A DNA stretch of 64,000 bases from a bacterium (GTDB lineage Bacteria; SM23-31), in contig CBDFMG010000005.1 of NCBI GenBank assembly GCA_965249485.1, forward strand, positions 64,001 to 128,000, written 5' to 3'. Made by a program: the position numbers and the translations under genes. A model generated the notes under the pieces. The model was not told where the DNA came from, did not search any database, and was given only the letters and a program-made list of their open reading frames with translations. How positions within the stretch are numbered: the first letter of the stretch is position 1; the number at the start of each line of letters is the position of its first letter. Positions 48,264 through 59,221 of this stretch are shown in pieces.

Positions 48264-51182
48264 CTACAGGACACCGCGCTCTTCTAACTCTGCACTTATC
48301 TTTGCATGATCCTTGCTCATTATATCGTCTGAAAGCATTGCAAGCAGTTTGGTGTCAGTCATCTCGCTAAAGTCAATGTCACTGTCTATGACTGGTCTTT
48401 CTGTCTTCTGCATTTCTGATCCGTCGTCAGCAGTTTTCTCTATCTTTGCGTCTACATCATCATCACCTGCTTCTGGTACTGCGTCATCACCTTCCTCTTT
48501 TTTCACGTCATGGTTTTTCTGCATCTTTGCGTCTGCGCCTCCTATAAGATCCTCGTCTTTCATTGTAGGATCCATCCTCTCGTCATAGACCACCAGAATT
48601 CCCTGTTTTTTCGTAAAATGTCTGTCGCCGCTTCCGTCAACTGAACCCCTCTTGTATTGCACCTCCATCGTCTCCCTTCGCACTGCCTTTTTCATTATCA
48701 TGTTTGTGATTGCGTTGTGTACCTTGTTTTTTGAGACGTTTATGCCGAGTTTTTTGATTATTTCTTCGTCATCTATCTTGTGCCCTGCACCCTTTTGTAT
48801 GATCTCAAAAATACTGTACTCCAGATCATTCATGTAGGGCCCACTCTTCCCACGAACTGTGTTTGTCTGAGCTTCGCCTTCTGCCTCCATCTCTGCTCTG
48901 GTCTTTACAATGCATGGTTCCGGATCAGTCCCAGTAGCGGTAAATGACTCCTCAATGTTTTTGGATTTTGCAGTCTTGTTTGCAGATTCCAGCTGGGCAA
49001 TATCCGTACTTGTTCTTACTGGTTTCTTTGTGTTTTTTTCCTCCTCTGTCATCTTCAGCACAGAGTCTATGCCGCGCACCTTCACCTTGGACAATATCTC
49101 GTTGTATGTGTCTGGCATCTTTTGCTTTCCCTGTATCACACTGACGTGGTTAATGACGTCCATGTACATCCCCTTTGGATTCGGATGTTTTTTGTAGATT
49201 GCAGCCTCCAGCTTTTTCCTGTGATTCTCCCCAAAGCAGACAAACCACACCATGTAGCCTGCCTCAAAATTTTTAGTGTAGTTCTGCACTGCCTGCTTTA
49301 TGTGCTTTGTGGGGCCTGTCTCCACCTCTATTGCAAGCTTGTTGTTGTCATTCCAGTGGAATGGATCATACGTCTCAAGCCCATCCTTGTCCTTTAGCAC
49401 CTTTGGCTCTATTACCAAAAGATCTGCCGCGTTCTCCGAGCTGTCACCCAGGTCAGGTATGCAGTACCTGTGCTGCTTCATGTTCAGATCCATGAGACCA
49501 AACATGATTGCCAAGTGCACCTCGCCCCCAGCTCTCCTTCCAGCGGCAGACTGCGAAAGATACGTGCTGTACGTCTTTGAGCTGACAACATATCGCTTCA
49601 TTGTCTCATTCTCGTCCCCGTCATCGGTGCCAGGATACATTATCTTGATGTACCTTTTTCTCACAAGACTGTCAAGTGCAACTGATATCGGCTTTTCCTT
49701 CAGACTGGGAAAGATAATCTGGACTCTTGTAAATATCTCATTGCGGTACCAGTCTCTCTGATCAAAATGCATCAGGTGAATTATGGAACACTCCAGAGGG
49801 TTGAACAGAAGCTTGCCAAGGTTCTGCGTAGGCGCATACTTTTCTATGGATACGTCCTTTCCCCATCTCTTTAGCGATTCCCTTGCAACGTCCTTCCACT
49901 CCGATACTCTTCTTCCAGGAAGCGGGACAGGCCTTGCACGGAATGTGGCACTTGCGCCGACCCCTGACTCGTCAGTGGACATGACAAACGTGTGGTTTGG
50001 AAGCCTCTGCATCTGGTCTGCTGTCACAGATATCTGGCTATTCAAAAGGCTTGCAGTGTTAAAATCGCATTTTCCAGTCATTACGGTCTTGCATGTTCCG
50101 GGTATCTCGTCGGCAAAGGTCTTGTCATATGCATTGCATGTCTGCGTTGCCAGCGTGACCTTTATGCCGAACTTTCTTAGTGCCCTAAGCATCTCAGACA
50201 TTGTCATGTTTGAGAACATGTGAGCCTCATCAACGTACACGTAAAAAGGGTTCTTTCTTATCTCGGAAAGATCCTCGTCCAGGATGTCCATTCTTCGCTT
50301 TGCCTCAACATGCAGCATGTTCAGAAATATCGAGCCAAGAAACTTTGCAATGTCATCGCTTGCACCAGTAGACAGGTCAACTACGAGGATCTTTTTCTCG
50401 CTGATTACCTCACTGATATCAATGCTGGACTCCGTGCAGTCAAACATTGCAGCGACAGTAGGCGTCGCAAGAATCTTGTCTATCTTGTTGTATGCTGAGC
50501 TTCCGGCATCCTTTGAGTACTGCTTGTGAAATATCTCCCGCCAGAAGTGCTTGACGCCCGGCGATGCGACATTTTCAAGTATCTCTTCTCTTGATGACTC
50601 GTCAGTAATCATAGATGAGATAAACCCAAGGGAGTTGTATCCCTTTGACTCGACTAGCGCGTTTGCGGCATTTCGCAGTACGGTCTCAAGTCTTGGACCC
50701 CATGAGCCCATGTACAAATTGTACAATGTATTGACAAATGTCATCACCACCACATACCTCTCGTTCTCACTTTTCACCTCAAGCGGGTTTACCTGTACTG
50801 TCTTTCCAAACCTGTAAAGCGTTGCCGGATTCACGTAGATGACGTCCTTCCATCTCTCCTTTGGTATCATGGACATGATGTCCCTTGCAAGCTCGCCGTG
50901 CGGATCAATTATCATGACCCCCTGCTTTCTCATTATGTTCTGGTATGCAAGCAGTTTGAGAATTGATGATTTTCCGCATCCCGGAAAACCAAATATTGCC
51001 ATATGTCCCCGCTCAGTCGAGGTGATTCCAAATGCCCTGTTTCCCCCAACAACAACGGCATCAGGATCATCATGTTTGAATCCGACAAAGTCAATGTTTG
51101 ACTTTTCCCATGATGACTCTTTTGACGGCTCTGTTGCCTCTATCTCTTTCTTTTTTTTCCAGAACATTTTATCAGCCGCCAC
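48264..51182 (-). CDS. VirD4/TraD-like type IV coupling ATPase (HerA-FtsK clade) with C-terminal wHTH and PD-(D/E)XK-like regions
   Basis: Walker A HMAIFGFPGCGKS, IIDPHGEL, Walker B YVYVDEAH and LRKFGI..TLATQ; later ADLLV ... LAIEVETG. Confidence 0.85.
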   Translation of the reverse strand: MAADKMFWKKKKEIEATEPSKESSWEKSNIDFVGFKHDDPDAVVVGGNRAFGITSTERGHMAIFGFPGCGKSSILKLLAYQNIMRKQGVMIIDPHGELARDIMSMIPKERWKDVIYVNPATLYRFGKTVQVNPLEVKSENERYVVVMTFVNTLYNLYMGSWGPRLETVLRNAANALVESKGYNSLGFISSMITDESSREEILENVASPGVKHFWREIFHKQYSKDAGSSAYNKIDKILATPTVAAMFDCTESSIDISEVISEKKILVVDLSTGASDDIAKFLGSIFLNMLHVEAKRRMDILDEDLSEIRKNPFYVYVDEAHMFSNMTMSEMLRALRKFGIKVTLATQTCNAYDKTFADEIPGTCKTVMTGKCDFNTASLLNSQISVTADQMQRLPNHTFVMSTDESGVGASATFRARPVPLPGRRVSEWKDVARESLKRWGKDVSIEKYAPTQNLGKLLFNPLECSIIHLMHFDQRDWYRNEIFTRVQIIFPSLKEKPISVALDSLVRKRYIKIMYPGTDDGDENETMKRYVVSSKTYSTYLSQSAAGRRAGGEVHLAIMFGLMDLNMKQHRYCIPDLGDSSENAADLLVIEPKVLKDKDGLETYDPFHWNDNNKLAIEVETGPTKHIKQAVQNYTKNFEAGYMVWFVCFGENHRKKLEAAIYKKHPNPKGMYMDVINHVSVIQGKQKMPDTYNEILSKVKVRGIDSVLKMTEEEKNTKKPVRTSTDIAQLESANKTAKSKNIEESFTATGTDPEPCIVKTRAEMEAEGEAQTNTVRGKSGPYMNDLEYSIFEIIQKGAGHKIDDEEIIKKLGINVSKNKVHNAITNMIMKKAVRRETMEVQYKRGSVDGSGDRHFTKKQGILVVYDERMDPTMKDEDLIGGADAKMQKNHDVKKEEGDDAVPEAGDDDVDAKIEKTADDGSEMQKTERPVIDSDIDFSEMTDTKLLAMLSDDIMSKDHAKISAELEERGVL

Positions 51183-53046
51183 CTCCCCCGAGATTGAACA
51201 TCTTGATTACTATTGGTATTGCATACATTGCAATCATCGTGTTCACTGATACAATGATTACCGGAGCCGTATCCTTTACGGTGTATGAGACAATCTTTGC
51301 GGCTACAAATCCTGTGGGAATTACTGCAAGTGCAGCCATCACCTCTATACCGTCGATATATCTCTCGTCAATTGCCCCCATTGACGAGAGAAACGGAATG
51401 TTTACGTCGCTGGGTATATCCGGTCCGCCTGCAAACATGGATATCATCATGTGTGATATTCCAAGCATCAGAAAAGGGCTGGCATATACTATCATGCTCA
51501 TTGAGCGCAGTCCCTTGCTTACGCGCTCCTTTGTCTCATGTACGGATATGACAAACTCTGTAATCGTGTTAAAGTTCTCAGTGGAGCCCCCGCCGCTCCT
51601 GTACGTCTTTGCAAGAAGAAACATGATGAACTTTACGTGGATTGACTCAAAGGCCATCTTTGAAACTGCGATATCAAATGTCTCACCCTTCTTGATTTTG
51701 GCAGCAATACTGTCGATAATTCTGTTGAACTGCTTCTTGTACGAGTGGTTTTTTGCCTGCCTCTGTATTATCTGTCCGATGTTTTCACCGGTCTTTGACA
51801 TATCTGTGACGTCCCGCATGAACTCTGGAAGCATCGAGTCTATCACCCTTATCTCTGTGAGCTTGTTTCTTACCATCATAGTATTGACTACAGCCCCGAT
51901 TAGAAATCCGCTGACAATAGTCGTTGCAAGATCAACTCCTGCAAAATATACAATGACTGCTACCATGATTCCCGCAATAGGGCTGATTGGCGTTATCTTT
52001 ATCTGGTTTCCGGTAATCGGCTGGTTGGTGTTGAGTATTATTACCATAAGCAGCGCAATGAATGGCGACATGACTGTTCCTAAAAGAAGCATGGTGCCTG
52101 TCGTCTCAGATGTCCCAATCATTCCCGATGCCATGATCATCAATGGCATGATAATTGAGACCATCAGTACTGCTGAGAATATCTCTTGTGCGCTCTTTTC
52201 ATACCTATCCCAGGAGTCCCTGTACAGATGGAAAAACTGCTTTGCCTTCTCTGAGGTGTAGCTTGGAACATCGCCAATGCTTGCAATCTTTGCAAGGTAT
52301 CCGGAGATGAAGTTCCTGAACACCTCTGAGGGGTGCGATTCAGCATACACACTAAGTGACTCGTTTTGTGTAACGCCGATCATGTCAACGCGCTTTACTA
52401 TCTCCCCTGCATCCTGCGCAATTGCATTAAACACCCTTACGCCACGAATGTCCTTAAATGAGTGATACAGCCCCCGCCCTATTGTCTGCATGATATTGAC
52501 ATAGCACAAAAAGTACGCCATCTCTTCCTCTATTCTTGACTTGCGTTCTACTATGGTCAGTCTTAGCTGAATGTATGGAGACATATAGATAATTGCAGGT
52601 ACGGCACAAACTACCAGAAATATCTCGCTTGCAGTAATTCCAAGATAAATTCCAATGACAGTTGTGGGGACAAACACTGTAACTGCAATGCGTGTCATGG
52701 TTGTTGCCATTTTTTCTGCGTCATAGTTTTTACCTGTCTTTGGAATCTGCGCCAGTATCTGACGCTCGTTGAACACCCGAAGACGTACCAAGTATTTCAG
52801 CTTTGATTCCAGAAACACAAATATCTTTTCAAGCGATGTCTGCTTGTACTTGTAAATCCATATTGTCCCGTCTGATGATCTTGCAGACAGTTTTGGCTTT
52901 CTAAAAAGTGGTGAGAAGAGGGACACTATGCAACAGGCAACAAGAAACCCTGACAGCATCACATAATCAAAGCCGCCGTCAGAAAACAGCACGACACACC
53001 ACAGCAGACTGAAAAAGAATCCAGATACGACAAGATGGGTCTTCAT
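51172..53046 (-). CDS. Type II secretion F-family (TadC/ArlJ-like) pilus platform protein
   Basis: Two T2SSF-like repeats (RKSRIEEEMAYFL and IDSMLPEFMRDV...TGENI), each followed by TM helices. Confidence 0.85.
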   Translation of the reverse strand: MKTHLVVSGFFFSLLWCVVLFSDGGFDYVMLSGFLVACCIVSLFSPLFRKPKLSARSSDGTIWIYKYKQTSLEKIFVFLESKLKYLVRLRVFNERQILAQIPKTGKNYDAEKMATTMTRIAVTVFVPTTVIGIYLGITASEIFLVVCAVPAIIYMSPYIQLRLTIVERKSRIEEEMAYFLCYVNIMQTIGRGLYHSFKDIRGVRVFNAIAQDAGEIVKRVDMIGVTQNESLSVYAESHPSEVFRNFISGYLAKIASIGDVPSYTSEKAKQFFHLYRDSWDRYEKSAQEIFSAVLMVSIIMPLMIMASGMIGTSETTGTMLLLGTVMSPFIALLMVIILNTNQPITGNQIKITPISPIAGIMVAVIVYFAGVDLATTIVSGFLIGAVVNTMMVRNKLTEIRVIDSMLPEFMRDVTDMSKTGENIGQIIQRQAKNHSYKKQFNRIIDSIAAKIKKGETFDIAVSKMAFESIHVKFIMFLLAKTYRSGGGSTENFNTITEFVISVHETKERVSKGLRSMSMIVYASPFLMLGISHMMISMFAGGPDIPSDVNIPFLSSMGAIDERYIDGIEVMAALAVIPTGFVAAKIVSYTVKDTAPVIIVSVNTMIAMYAIPIVIKMFNLGGGGG

Positions 53047-54947
53047 AGAACCTCACCGATTAGCACTGCCATGTTTACCGGAACTATCAGTGATGCCAGC
53101 ACCATGTTTTTGAACAGCGGACTTGCCCTCTCCATGTCTGCAATGTGTGGCGCTGCGACATAGTATGCAGCATGCACTGTATCAAAGAACGGCGACCATC
53201 CAGAACCGATCATGTCTGCCCTGTATTCCCGCAGTACCTGCACCTGATGTGCCAAGGACGTGCCATATACTGCAAGTGCTATTGGACAGTCATTTTCTAC
53301 CGTCTCTTTTACTGCATCATCATCTGCCTTTTCCTGTACGTCATCATCTGCTGCCTTTGCCAGATCAATCTCGCAGCCATCTACCATGTCTGCAAACTCG
53401 CTTGTAAGGCAGCCTACGCTGTCAGGTCTTGAAAGTCCACTCTGTATGAGTTGCTGGTTTAGCGATATGCCAGAGCCGGTGCAGTACACGACAGAATAAT
53501 ACTGCCTGGTAAGTGCATCTGAGGATATCCTGGAATCAAGGCCCAGCGTCGTGTCCCTGTCCACCACTGCAACAGAGCCGACCGGGCATATCTGACTGAC
53601 TGACTCGGCAGTGGCATTGACTGGTATTGCAATAGACGTGGTGACTCTCTTCTGACCAATCCTCAAAGTATCGCCGTCTATGATCTCTGCGATATGGTCT
53701 GCAAAACATCCTGCTTCATGGCCGTGGTCTGTAATGTTTTGAATGTTGATCCCCCTGCATTTTATTGACTTGTGCTCTGATATCATAAACGGAGTCCGTC
53801 CCTCGGCATTTTCCGTACGGATCACAATCTCGTATTTTCCGGACTTCCATGTAGGCTGTGTTATCACGTCAAACCTGCCAGTGCCGTCAGACTCGATTTT
53901 ACTCTTTTGTCCATCGATGCGGTTTCCGTCAGGATCATAAACTGATATTGATAAAGACTCTCGCGTCGTCGTCTTGCCAGGATGTGCAAACTCTGCACTG
54001 ATTATCTCTCCGGCATTTGTGTGGCGGTACTTTGCAAGGTCAAGGATTATCTTCACCGGTTTTTTTATCTCTTCCTCTGCAAAATCTAAAATGGAGTCGG
54101 CACTCTCGGGAACTGCGATTCCGCTTGATGATATGCGTATCGTGCCTTCCATCCAGGGATGATACAGACAGGAGTAAAGCACTGTTCCCGGCTCTGCAAA
54201 CTTTATTATCCTCGAGTGTCCTGACTTTAGGATATTTGTCTCAAAAAAGTTAACAGTCTTCTGCAGCTTGTCATCTATTGGCTTTTGCTCTTCTCGTCCA
54301 TACCCGAGCGCAATTGAGTGGATGTTGTGTATCTGATCAGAGTCGTTGTACCATTCCACTGTCTGTCCAGCATCAATGCTTACCTTCGGTCTGTCGTAGC
54401 ATGCCTGCTTGCCGGTCTTTGAGCAGCCGTCTATCTCGACTGGGTTGATTGTAACTGTGGCGTCTCCGCGTTCAAGTCCTGCCAGCTTTGTGTAAAAGAC
54501 GGTACTTCCAATGTTATACTTTGCGGTGTCATACTTTTTGTGTCCGGTACTGTCATACCCCAAGTCTGCCGTAATAGAATATGTCGCAGACACAGTATGC
54601 CTGCCTTCTGTATCCCTTGAGCCGATAACTGGATGCCATACGGAAAAAACACTTTCGTTTCCTGACATGACAGTGTGTGTCTGCTGGCTTTTGTCAGGTG
54701 CCGTGATTACAATTGTAACTGCTGACTTTTTGGTGCCGTCGGCAAGTGTGCCATATATGAGAATGTTTGTCTGTACATTTTTTTCCATGTGCATGATCTC
54801 ATCTGGTGCGACAATTGTCGGACTGCCAGTCGACTCCAGATTTGCGTACCTGCATTCATGGATTGACTGGCATGATGCATATGCCGGTATGATCATCATA
54901 CAACAACAACAGCAAAGCAAAACGGCAGTCATTATTACAGGGCTCAT
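53043..54947 (-). CDS. Surface protein: cupredoxin, Ig-like, SNase-like and CFI-box-CTERM-like tail
   Basis: VEWYNDSDQIH ... YSCLYHPWMEG, IIDGDTL and CPIALAVYGTSLAHQVQVLREYR. Likely start is MSPVIM. Confidence 0.8.
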   Translation of the reverse strand: MSPVIMTAVLLCCCCCMMIIPAYASCQSIHECRYANLESTGSPTIVAPDEIMHMEKNVQTNILIYGTLADGTKKSAVTIVITAPDKSQQTHTVMSGNESVFSVWHPVIGSRDTEGRHTVSATYSITADLGYDSTGHKKYDTAKYNIGSTVFYTKLAGLERGDATVTINPVEIDGCSKTGKQACYDRPKVSIDAGQTVEWYNDSDQIHNIHSIALGYGREEQKPIDDKLQKTVNFFETNILKSGHSRIIKFAEPGTVLYSCLYHPWMEGTIRISSSGIAVPESADSILDFAEEEIKKPVKIILDLAKYRHTNAGEIISAEFAHPGKTTTRESLSISVYDPDGNRIDGQKSKIESDGTGRFDVITQPTWKSGKYEIVIRTENAEGRTPFMISEHKSIKCRGINIQNITDHGHEAGCFADHIAEIIDGDTLRIGQKRVTTSIAIPVNATAESVSQICPVGSVAVVDRDTTLGLDSRISSDALTRQYYSVVYCTGSGISLNQQLIQSGLSRPDSVGCLTSEFADMVDGCEIDLAKAADDDVQEKADDDAVKETVENDCPIALAVYGTSLAHQVQVLREYRADMIGSGWSPFFDTVHAAYYVAAPHIADMERASPLFKNMVLASLIVPVNMAVLIGEVL

Positions 54948-57900
54948 TTTTTCACCATTGATGCTATTCCCTTTGGAAGCTTTTTTGGAATCTTGACTGA
55001 TCTTGATTTTTCCTTTAGTGTAGAAACATAGTCCCTCAGATTCATAATGACGTCGGGGGATTTTTTCCACACAAGCACAAACGGCACAATGACTGATGAT
55101 GCGATTAGCAGAATCAGAACAGTGTATGTCTTCTCATAGACTACGGTGCCAGTTACTGACTCGTCGGCCACAAATAATACTGACTGCCCATCTGCTGATA
55201 CCTTGGCATCCTCTGGAAGTCCTATCCACTCTTCTGGCACGTGCCATATCAGTCCGTACAGTTCAGTTGCAATGGGCGCATGCAGTACAACGACATCGCC
55301 GTACCTGTGATGGCCATTCCCTGAGATGTCTGCAAACACATCATTTGAGTCCAAAAATGCGCCAAAGTCAATCTCTATCACCCTCTGATATGCTCCTGTT
55401 ATCGTAGAGTCCTGCGTTATCCTTAGCGTGAACTTTTCTGCATGGTTTATCTCCTCGCCGTTAAGGCTTAGCTTCTGCAATTCATATTGCCTGTCAGTGC
55501 CGACATTAAGATCTGCATCGATGCTTATCTCAAAGACCCCGGGATGTATGGTATAGTACAGCCCATTTTTCACGTTTATCTTTTCCGCTGTTGCCGATGA
55601 CTCCAGATCAAACGATGCTGCAACTGAAACGCCGTCATCTGCAATTGCATTAAACACGACATCGACTAGCTCCTCTACTGTAAAGTTTACATTTTCCGTG
55701 TATTTCTTCCAGCCGTCCTTCTCCACATTTACGGTAACTGAATACTGGCCAGGTGCCGTAGGCGTTGCGACGTAGTTGTCTGACGCATCAACCTCAAAGT
55801 CAAGTCCGGATATGGACACATCAGGGTTTTGTAGCGCGCCAGTAAAGATGTCCAGTATTATCTCTGATCCAAGCTTTAGAACATTGGGTGTTGGTGATAT
55901 TACCTGAACTTCGGACTCTGCGTCATTTGCAAATGACTTGATCACAGCTGATCCGAGATACCTGTTGTCAGAAATTATGTTCAGATTTGTAGTGCCTTCA
56001 TTTTCTACAACAAACCGCACATGGTCGTCTTTAACATTTGCAGTGATTTGCTCAGAAGAGATGTTCAGGCTGTCAAGATCAGTAATCAGTGCAATCGGAA
56101 TTCCGTTGGAATCTACTGCATGAATCGCAACAGGAAACTCTTTGAACACATTTACTCTTGACGGTGTCCATATCTCTATCCCTGTCTTTACACCTGACGT
56201 GTCAAGGCTGGTGGTCTCAGAGTTGATCCCTGGAATCTGGACAAATATTTTTGCGCCCTCCTTGAGATACGTACCTGTAATGATGTTGGTTCCGCCAACC
56301 CAGTAGTCGTTTATCCCAATGTCTGCAAGCGAGTTGCCGGCTTGAATCACGTTTGTCTTTTCAGTGTCTACTATCCCCCCAACATCCGTGATGTGTCCTG
56401 ACTTGTCCACAATTGACATGTACGCAATATCGCCATGAGTCCCCAAAGGTATGGGAATCGGCGTTACCTGCAGTATGTGCTTGAAGCCATATGCAGTATC
56501 GGAGTTGAACTGTATCTCCGCGCTTTCAGCATTGCTGTTTTGCACGGATATGGCATGCTCCCCTTTTGTGTTGATGTCAATGGGTATGTCCATTGCAGAG
56601 AATGTAAAATGTGTGCTGTCCTCATCAGATAAAATTGTGTCAAATTTTATCTCTGTTGGATATTTCAGTCCGTCATCGCCGGATACTGACACTACTGTGT
56701 CAAGTGATGTGATTGGGTTTAGATTCCCGTCATAGCGCTCAACGAATGCATGCGTGTCATTTAGTATGTGATACAATCCAACTGTTGCCCATGCCGTGTC
56801 TGCTGGCGTAGTTGGGTGCACCCACAGCTTTAGAACATCTATCTTTGGTCTTTCGCTGAGCTGGACTGGCGGCATTACCAGAATCTCCTCTGAATGGCTG
56901 CCATACCCTGGAACTGAAACCGTGATTACTACTGCGTCATTGTAATCTTCTGAGGCGTCTTCTATGTAAAAATGGGAACGCAGTGTTCCGCGTGACATGT
57001 ATGTGTGATACAGCTCATCATCATTCTCGTTTGTCCTGAATGATACCTTGTCAGGATCAGAGCTTGAAAGATAGACGTCTAGAACCTCGTCGGGGATGTA
57101 GATAGAGTCGTCCTGCTCAAGCCATACGTAATAGTATCCTATGGAATTAGCAAGTGCGATGTCTGGTGCGATTCCGAGACGCACCTTTGGACTGTTAGTA
57201 TCATATAAGATTTCAAGCGAGTCTGATTCAAGCCCGTCTGATGTCGCATAGATTGTTCCGTCCCCACCAACACGCACTACGGCATTGGCGCTGTACTGAC
57301 CCTCCAGAACACGGAGTGTCACTGTATCAGTCAGTGTGCCGCCATTGCTGAACTGCACGGCAGGCGAGGAGGAGCTTATTGTTATCTCCGTCTCTTGCTT
57401 TGCGATGATTGGTATCTGGTGGTTGTCAACCAGAAACACCTTGACTGGCACGTCGTCTGTAGATACAGTAATGGAGTCATCAGATATCGGCGCTGATATC
57501 ATCAGCGCAGTAGGATGTAATGCAACCGAATAAACAGTAGAACTGTCCTGTGCCACTGCATCGTTGGTTATGGCATGGACTGTGACTGTGCCGTCCTGCG
57601 GTGATTGCGGTGTAAGTTCAAAAATGACATGGTTGCTTCCGGTAGGAATTGCTACTGTACTTGGAATCTCAAGAAGGTTTGAATCAGTTGCAAGGGATAC
57701 TGTTATGTCGTGACGTTTTGGCTCCAGTATTAGCAGTACCCCCTCATATGAAATGTCTGCAATCATTTTTTTTGGTATGTGCACTGAAAAATCCGCAACT
57801 ATCTCGTCAGGTGATTCGGCAGCCGAGTCGGCGGCAGAGTCCGGACTAAGCTCTTCATCTGATACGTCGTCCACTGCTGCTGCGATGTCAGGATCTACCT

Positions 57901-57997
57901 GAGCAGATACAGGAACGGCTGCTACTGCAAACAATGCAATGCACGCAGTGAGATATGCCAGATGGGTTTTCAAGGACTGCCGCCACCTGTAGCGCAT
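54944..57997 (-). CDS. Large secreted beta-rich surface protein with C-terminal TM helix
   Basis: 1017 aa with signal peptide and C-terminal anchor. Confidence 0.8.
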   Translation of the reverse strand: MRYRWRQSLKTHLAYLTACIALFAVAAVPVSAQVDPDIAAAVDDVSDEELSPDSAADSAAESPDEIVADFSVHIPKKMIADISYEGVLLILEPKRHDITVSLATDSNLLEIPSTVAIPTGSNHVIFELTPQSPQDGTVTVHAITNDAVAQDSSTVYSVALHPTALMISAPISDDSITVSTDDVPVKVFLVDNHQIPIIAKQETEITISSSSPAVQFSNGGTLTDTVTLRVLEGQYSANAVVRVGGDGTIYATSDGLESDSLEILYDTNSPKVRLGIAPDIALANSIGYYYVWLEQDDSIYIPDEVLDVYLSSSDPDKVSFRTNENDDELYHTYMSRGTLRSHFYIEDASEDYNDAVVITVSVPGYGSHSEEILVMPPVQLSERPKIDVLKLWVHPTTPADTAWATVGLYHILNDTHAFVERYDGNLNPITSLDTVVSVSGDDGLKYPTEIKFDTILSDEDSTHFTFSAMDIPIDINTKGEHAISVQNSNAESAEIQFNSDTAYGFKHILQVTPIPIPLGTHGDIAYMSIVDKSGHITDVGGIVDTEKTNVIQAGNSLADIGINDYWVGGTNIITGTYLKEGAKIFVQIPGINSETTSLDTSGVKTGIEIWTPSRVNVFKEFPVAIHAVDSNGIPIALITDLDSLNISSEQITANVKDDHVRFVVENEGTTNLNIISDNRYLGSAVIKSFANDAESEVQVISPTPNVLKLGSEIILDIFTGALQNPDVSISGLDFEVDASDNYVATPTAPGQYSVTVNVEKDGWKKYTENVNFTVEELVDVVFNAIADDGVSVAASFDLESSATAEKINVKNGLYYTIHPGVFEISIDADLNVGTDRQYELQKLSLNGEEINHAEKFTLRITQDSTITGAYQRVIEIDFGAFLDSNDVFADISGNGHHRYGDVVVLHAPIATELYGLIWHVPEEWIGLPEDAKVSADGQSVLFVADESVTGTVVYEKTYTVLILLIASSVIVPFVLVWKKSPDVIMNLRDYVSTLKEKSRSVKIPKKLPKGIASMVKK

Positions 57998-58359
57998 TTT
58001 TGTTTGAGGGCGTCTATTGTGGATTCCAAAGTGTCTGCAAAATCATCGTTGCTGCCATGTACGATATCCCCATCCTGGGACTCTGTGAATATTCTCCCAT
58101 CATCACACTTTATCATCAGGCCTGAAACGGCAGACGCGTCGCCCCATGTATTGTTCATGATGAGATTCATAGTGGAGTCACTTCCAGTGTGATTAAAGAC
58201 TAACTTTACTGCAATGTCCTCTTTTACCCTCTCGTTTTGAATCATGTTGGATTCCTCCTTTTGCTGGCTTATCACGCTCTGACTGTTGTTATATGTGACA
58301 AACATTCCAATAATGGTTATAGCTATTACTACAATGCCAATCGCAACAATGATTCCCAT
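57970..58359 (-). CDS. Pilin-like membrane protein
   Basis: N-terminal hydrophobic helix, then ERVKEDI and a beta-rich region; GGAGG upstream. Confidence 0.6.
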   Translation of the reverse strand: MGIIVAIGIVVIAITIIGMFVTYNNSQSVISQQKEESNMIQNERVKEDIAVKLVFNHTGSDSTMNLIMNNTWGDASAVSGLMIKCDDGRIFTESQDGDIVHGSNDDFADTLESTIDALKQKCATGGGSP

Positions 58360-58389
58360 AAAACCAAATCCTCCCTTACGATAAAAGCC

Positions 58390-59220
58390 TCAATCAATCT
58401 CCCCGTCTGGCAGTCCGGCAGATTTTGATGAGATTTTTCCAAACTCAAAGTTGATCTTTGCAATGTCGTCTTTTTCTGGCATTACCAGAATTCCCATCAT
58501 CTCAACATCAGACAGCACAATGCTCTTTGATGCTCCAAACATTGGAAACGAGAGGTTTCCTGTGTGTATTTTGGCAATGTGCTTTGGTTTCAGATTTTTT
58601 GACTTGAAGGCCCTGGTTGGGAAGACACCCTCTATTGCGTCAATGTCATCCTTTTTTCCTCCTCCTGCAAACATCTTGCACAGAAACAGGCTTCCTGACT
58701 GTATCTTTTGCTGGGCAATTTTGATCTTGTTTTGACCCACTGCAGTTGCCTTTCCGGAACCTGATGAAAAGAACCTGAACATGCTGTCTGGAGACTGTCC
58801 ACGTCCAAGCATTCTGATGTACTCATTTATCGGTTGTGCAGAATCAAGACGCCTTACATACAGTGCCAAAAAGGAGTTCCCTGACACTTCAGCGTTAAAC
58901 ATATCGTAGATTGATGTACGCTCCATCTCCTTTGGGGTTATTGGTATTGCGCAGTGGCGCCTCATTGAGTATTTTCGGTACATGGAATAATTCTCAAAGT
59001 CAAAGTCAGGACACAGTACTGCCTCCACTCCGTCCATTCCGTCCAGTGTCACCCTGTGCTGCTCACTGACACGGATAAAGATCCGTACCTTGAGATTGTC
59101 TCTGCATACAACCAAAAGAAACCTCTCAAAGTGCGATAGCATCTGTCTCATGTTTGTCTCCCCTGCCTCTTTGTCATCTATTCTGTACGGCCTTATCTCA
59201 TACCATCTGTTTTTGATCAT
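58390..59220 (-). CDS. Hypothetical protein in the transfer operon
   Basis: 276 aa, tightly packed in the operon. Confidence 0.7.
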   Translation of the reverse strand: MIKNRWYEIRPYRIDDKEAGETNMRQMLSHFERFLLVVCRDNLKVRIFIRVSEQHRVTLDGMDGVEAVLCPDFDFENYSMYRKYSMRRHCAIPITPKEMERTSIYDMFNAEVSGNSFLALYVRRLDSAQPINEYIRMLGRGQSPDSMFRFFSSGSGKATAVGQNKIKIAQQKIQSGSLFLCKMFAGGGKKDDIDAIEGVFPTRAFKSKNLKPKHIAKIHTGNLSFPMFGASKSIVLSDVEMMGILVMPEKDDIAKINFEFGKISSKSAGLPDGEID

Positions 59221-59221
59221 T

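Noticed and set aside
51098..52261. 387-aa plus-strand ORF and similar antisense ORFs (e.g. 40091-40627, 61424-61990)
   Set aside because: These are shadow frames of well-supported minus-strand genes and contain no recognisable motifs.
58360..58392. Class III signal peptide RKG|GFGFM upstream of the 57970-58359 gene via stop read-through
   Set aside because: There is no start codon after the preceding TGA, and GGAGG is adequately explained as a ribosome-binding site.
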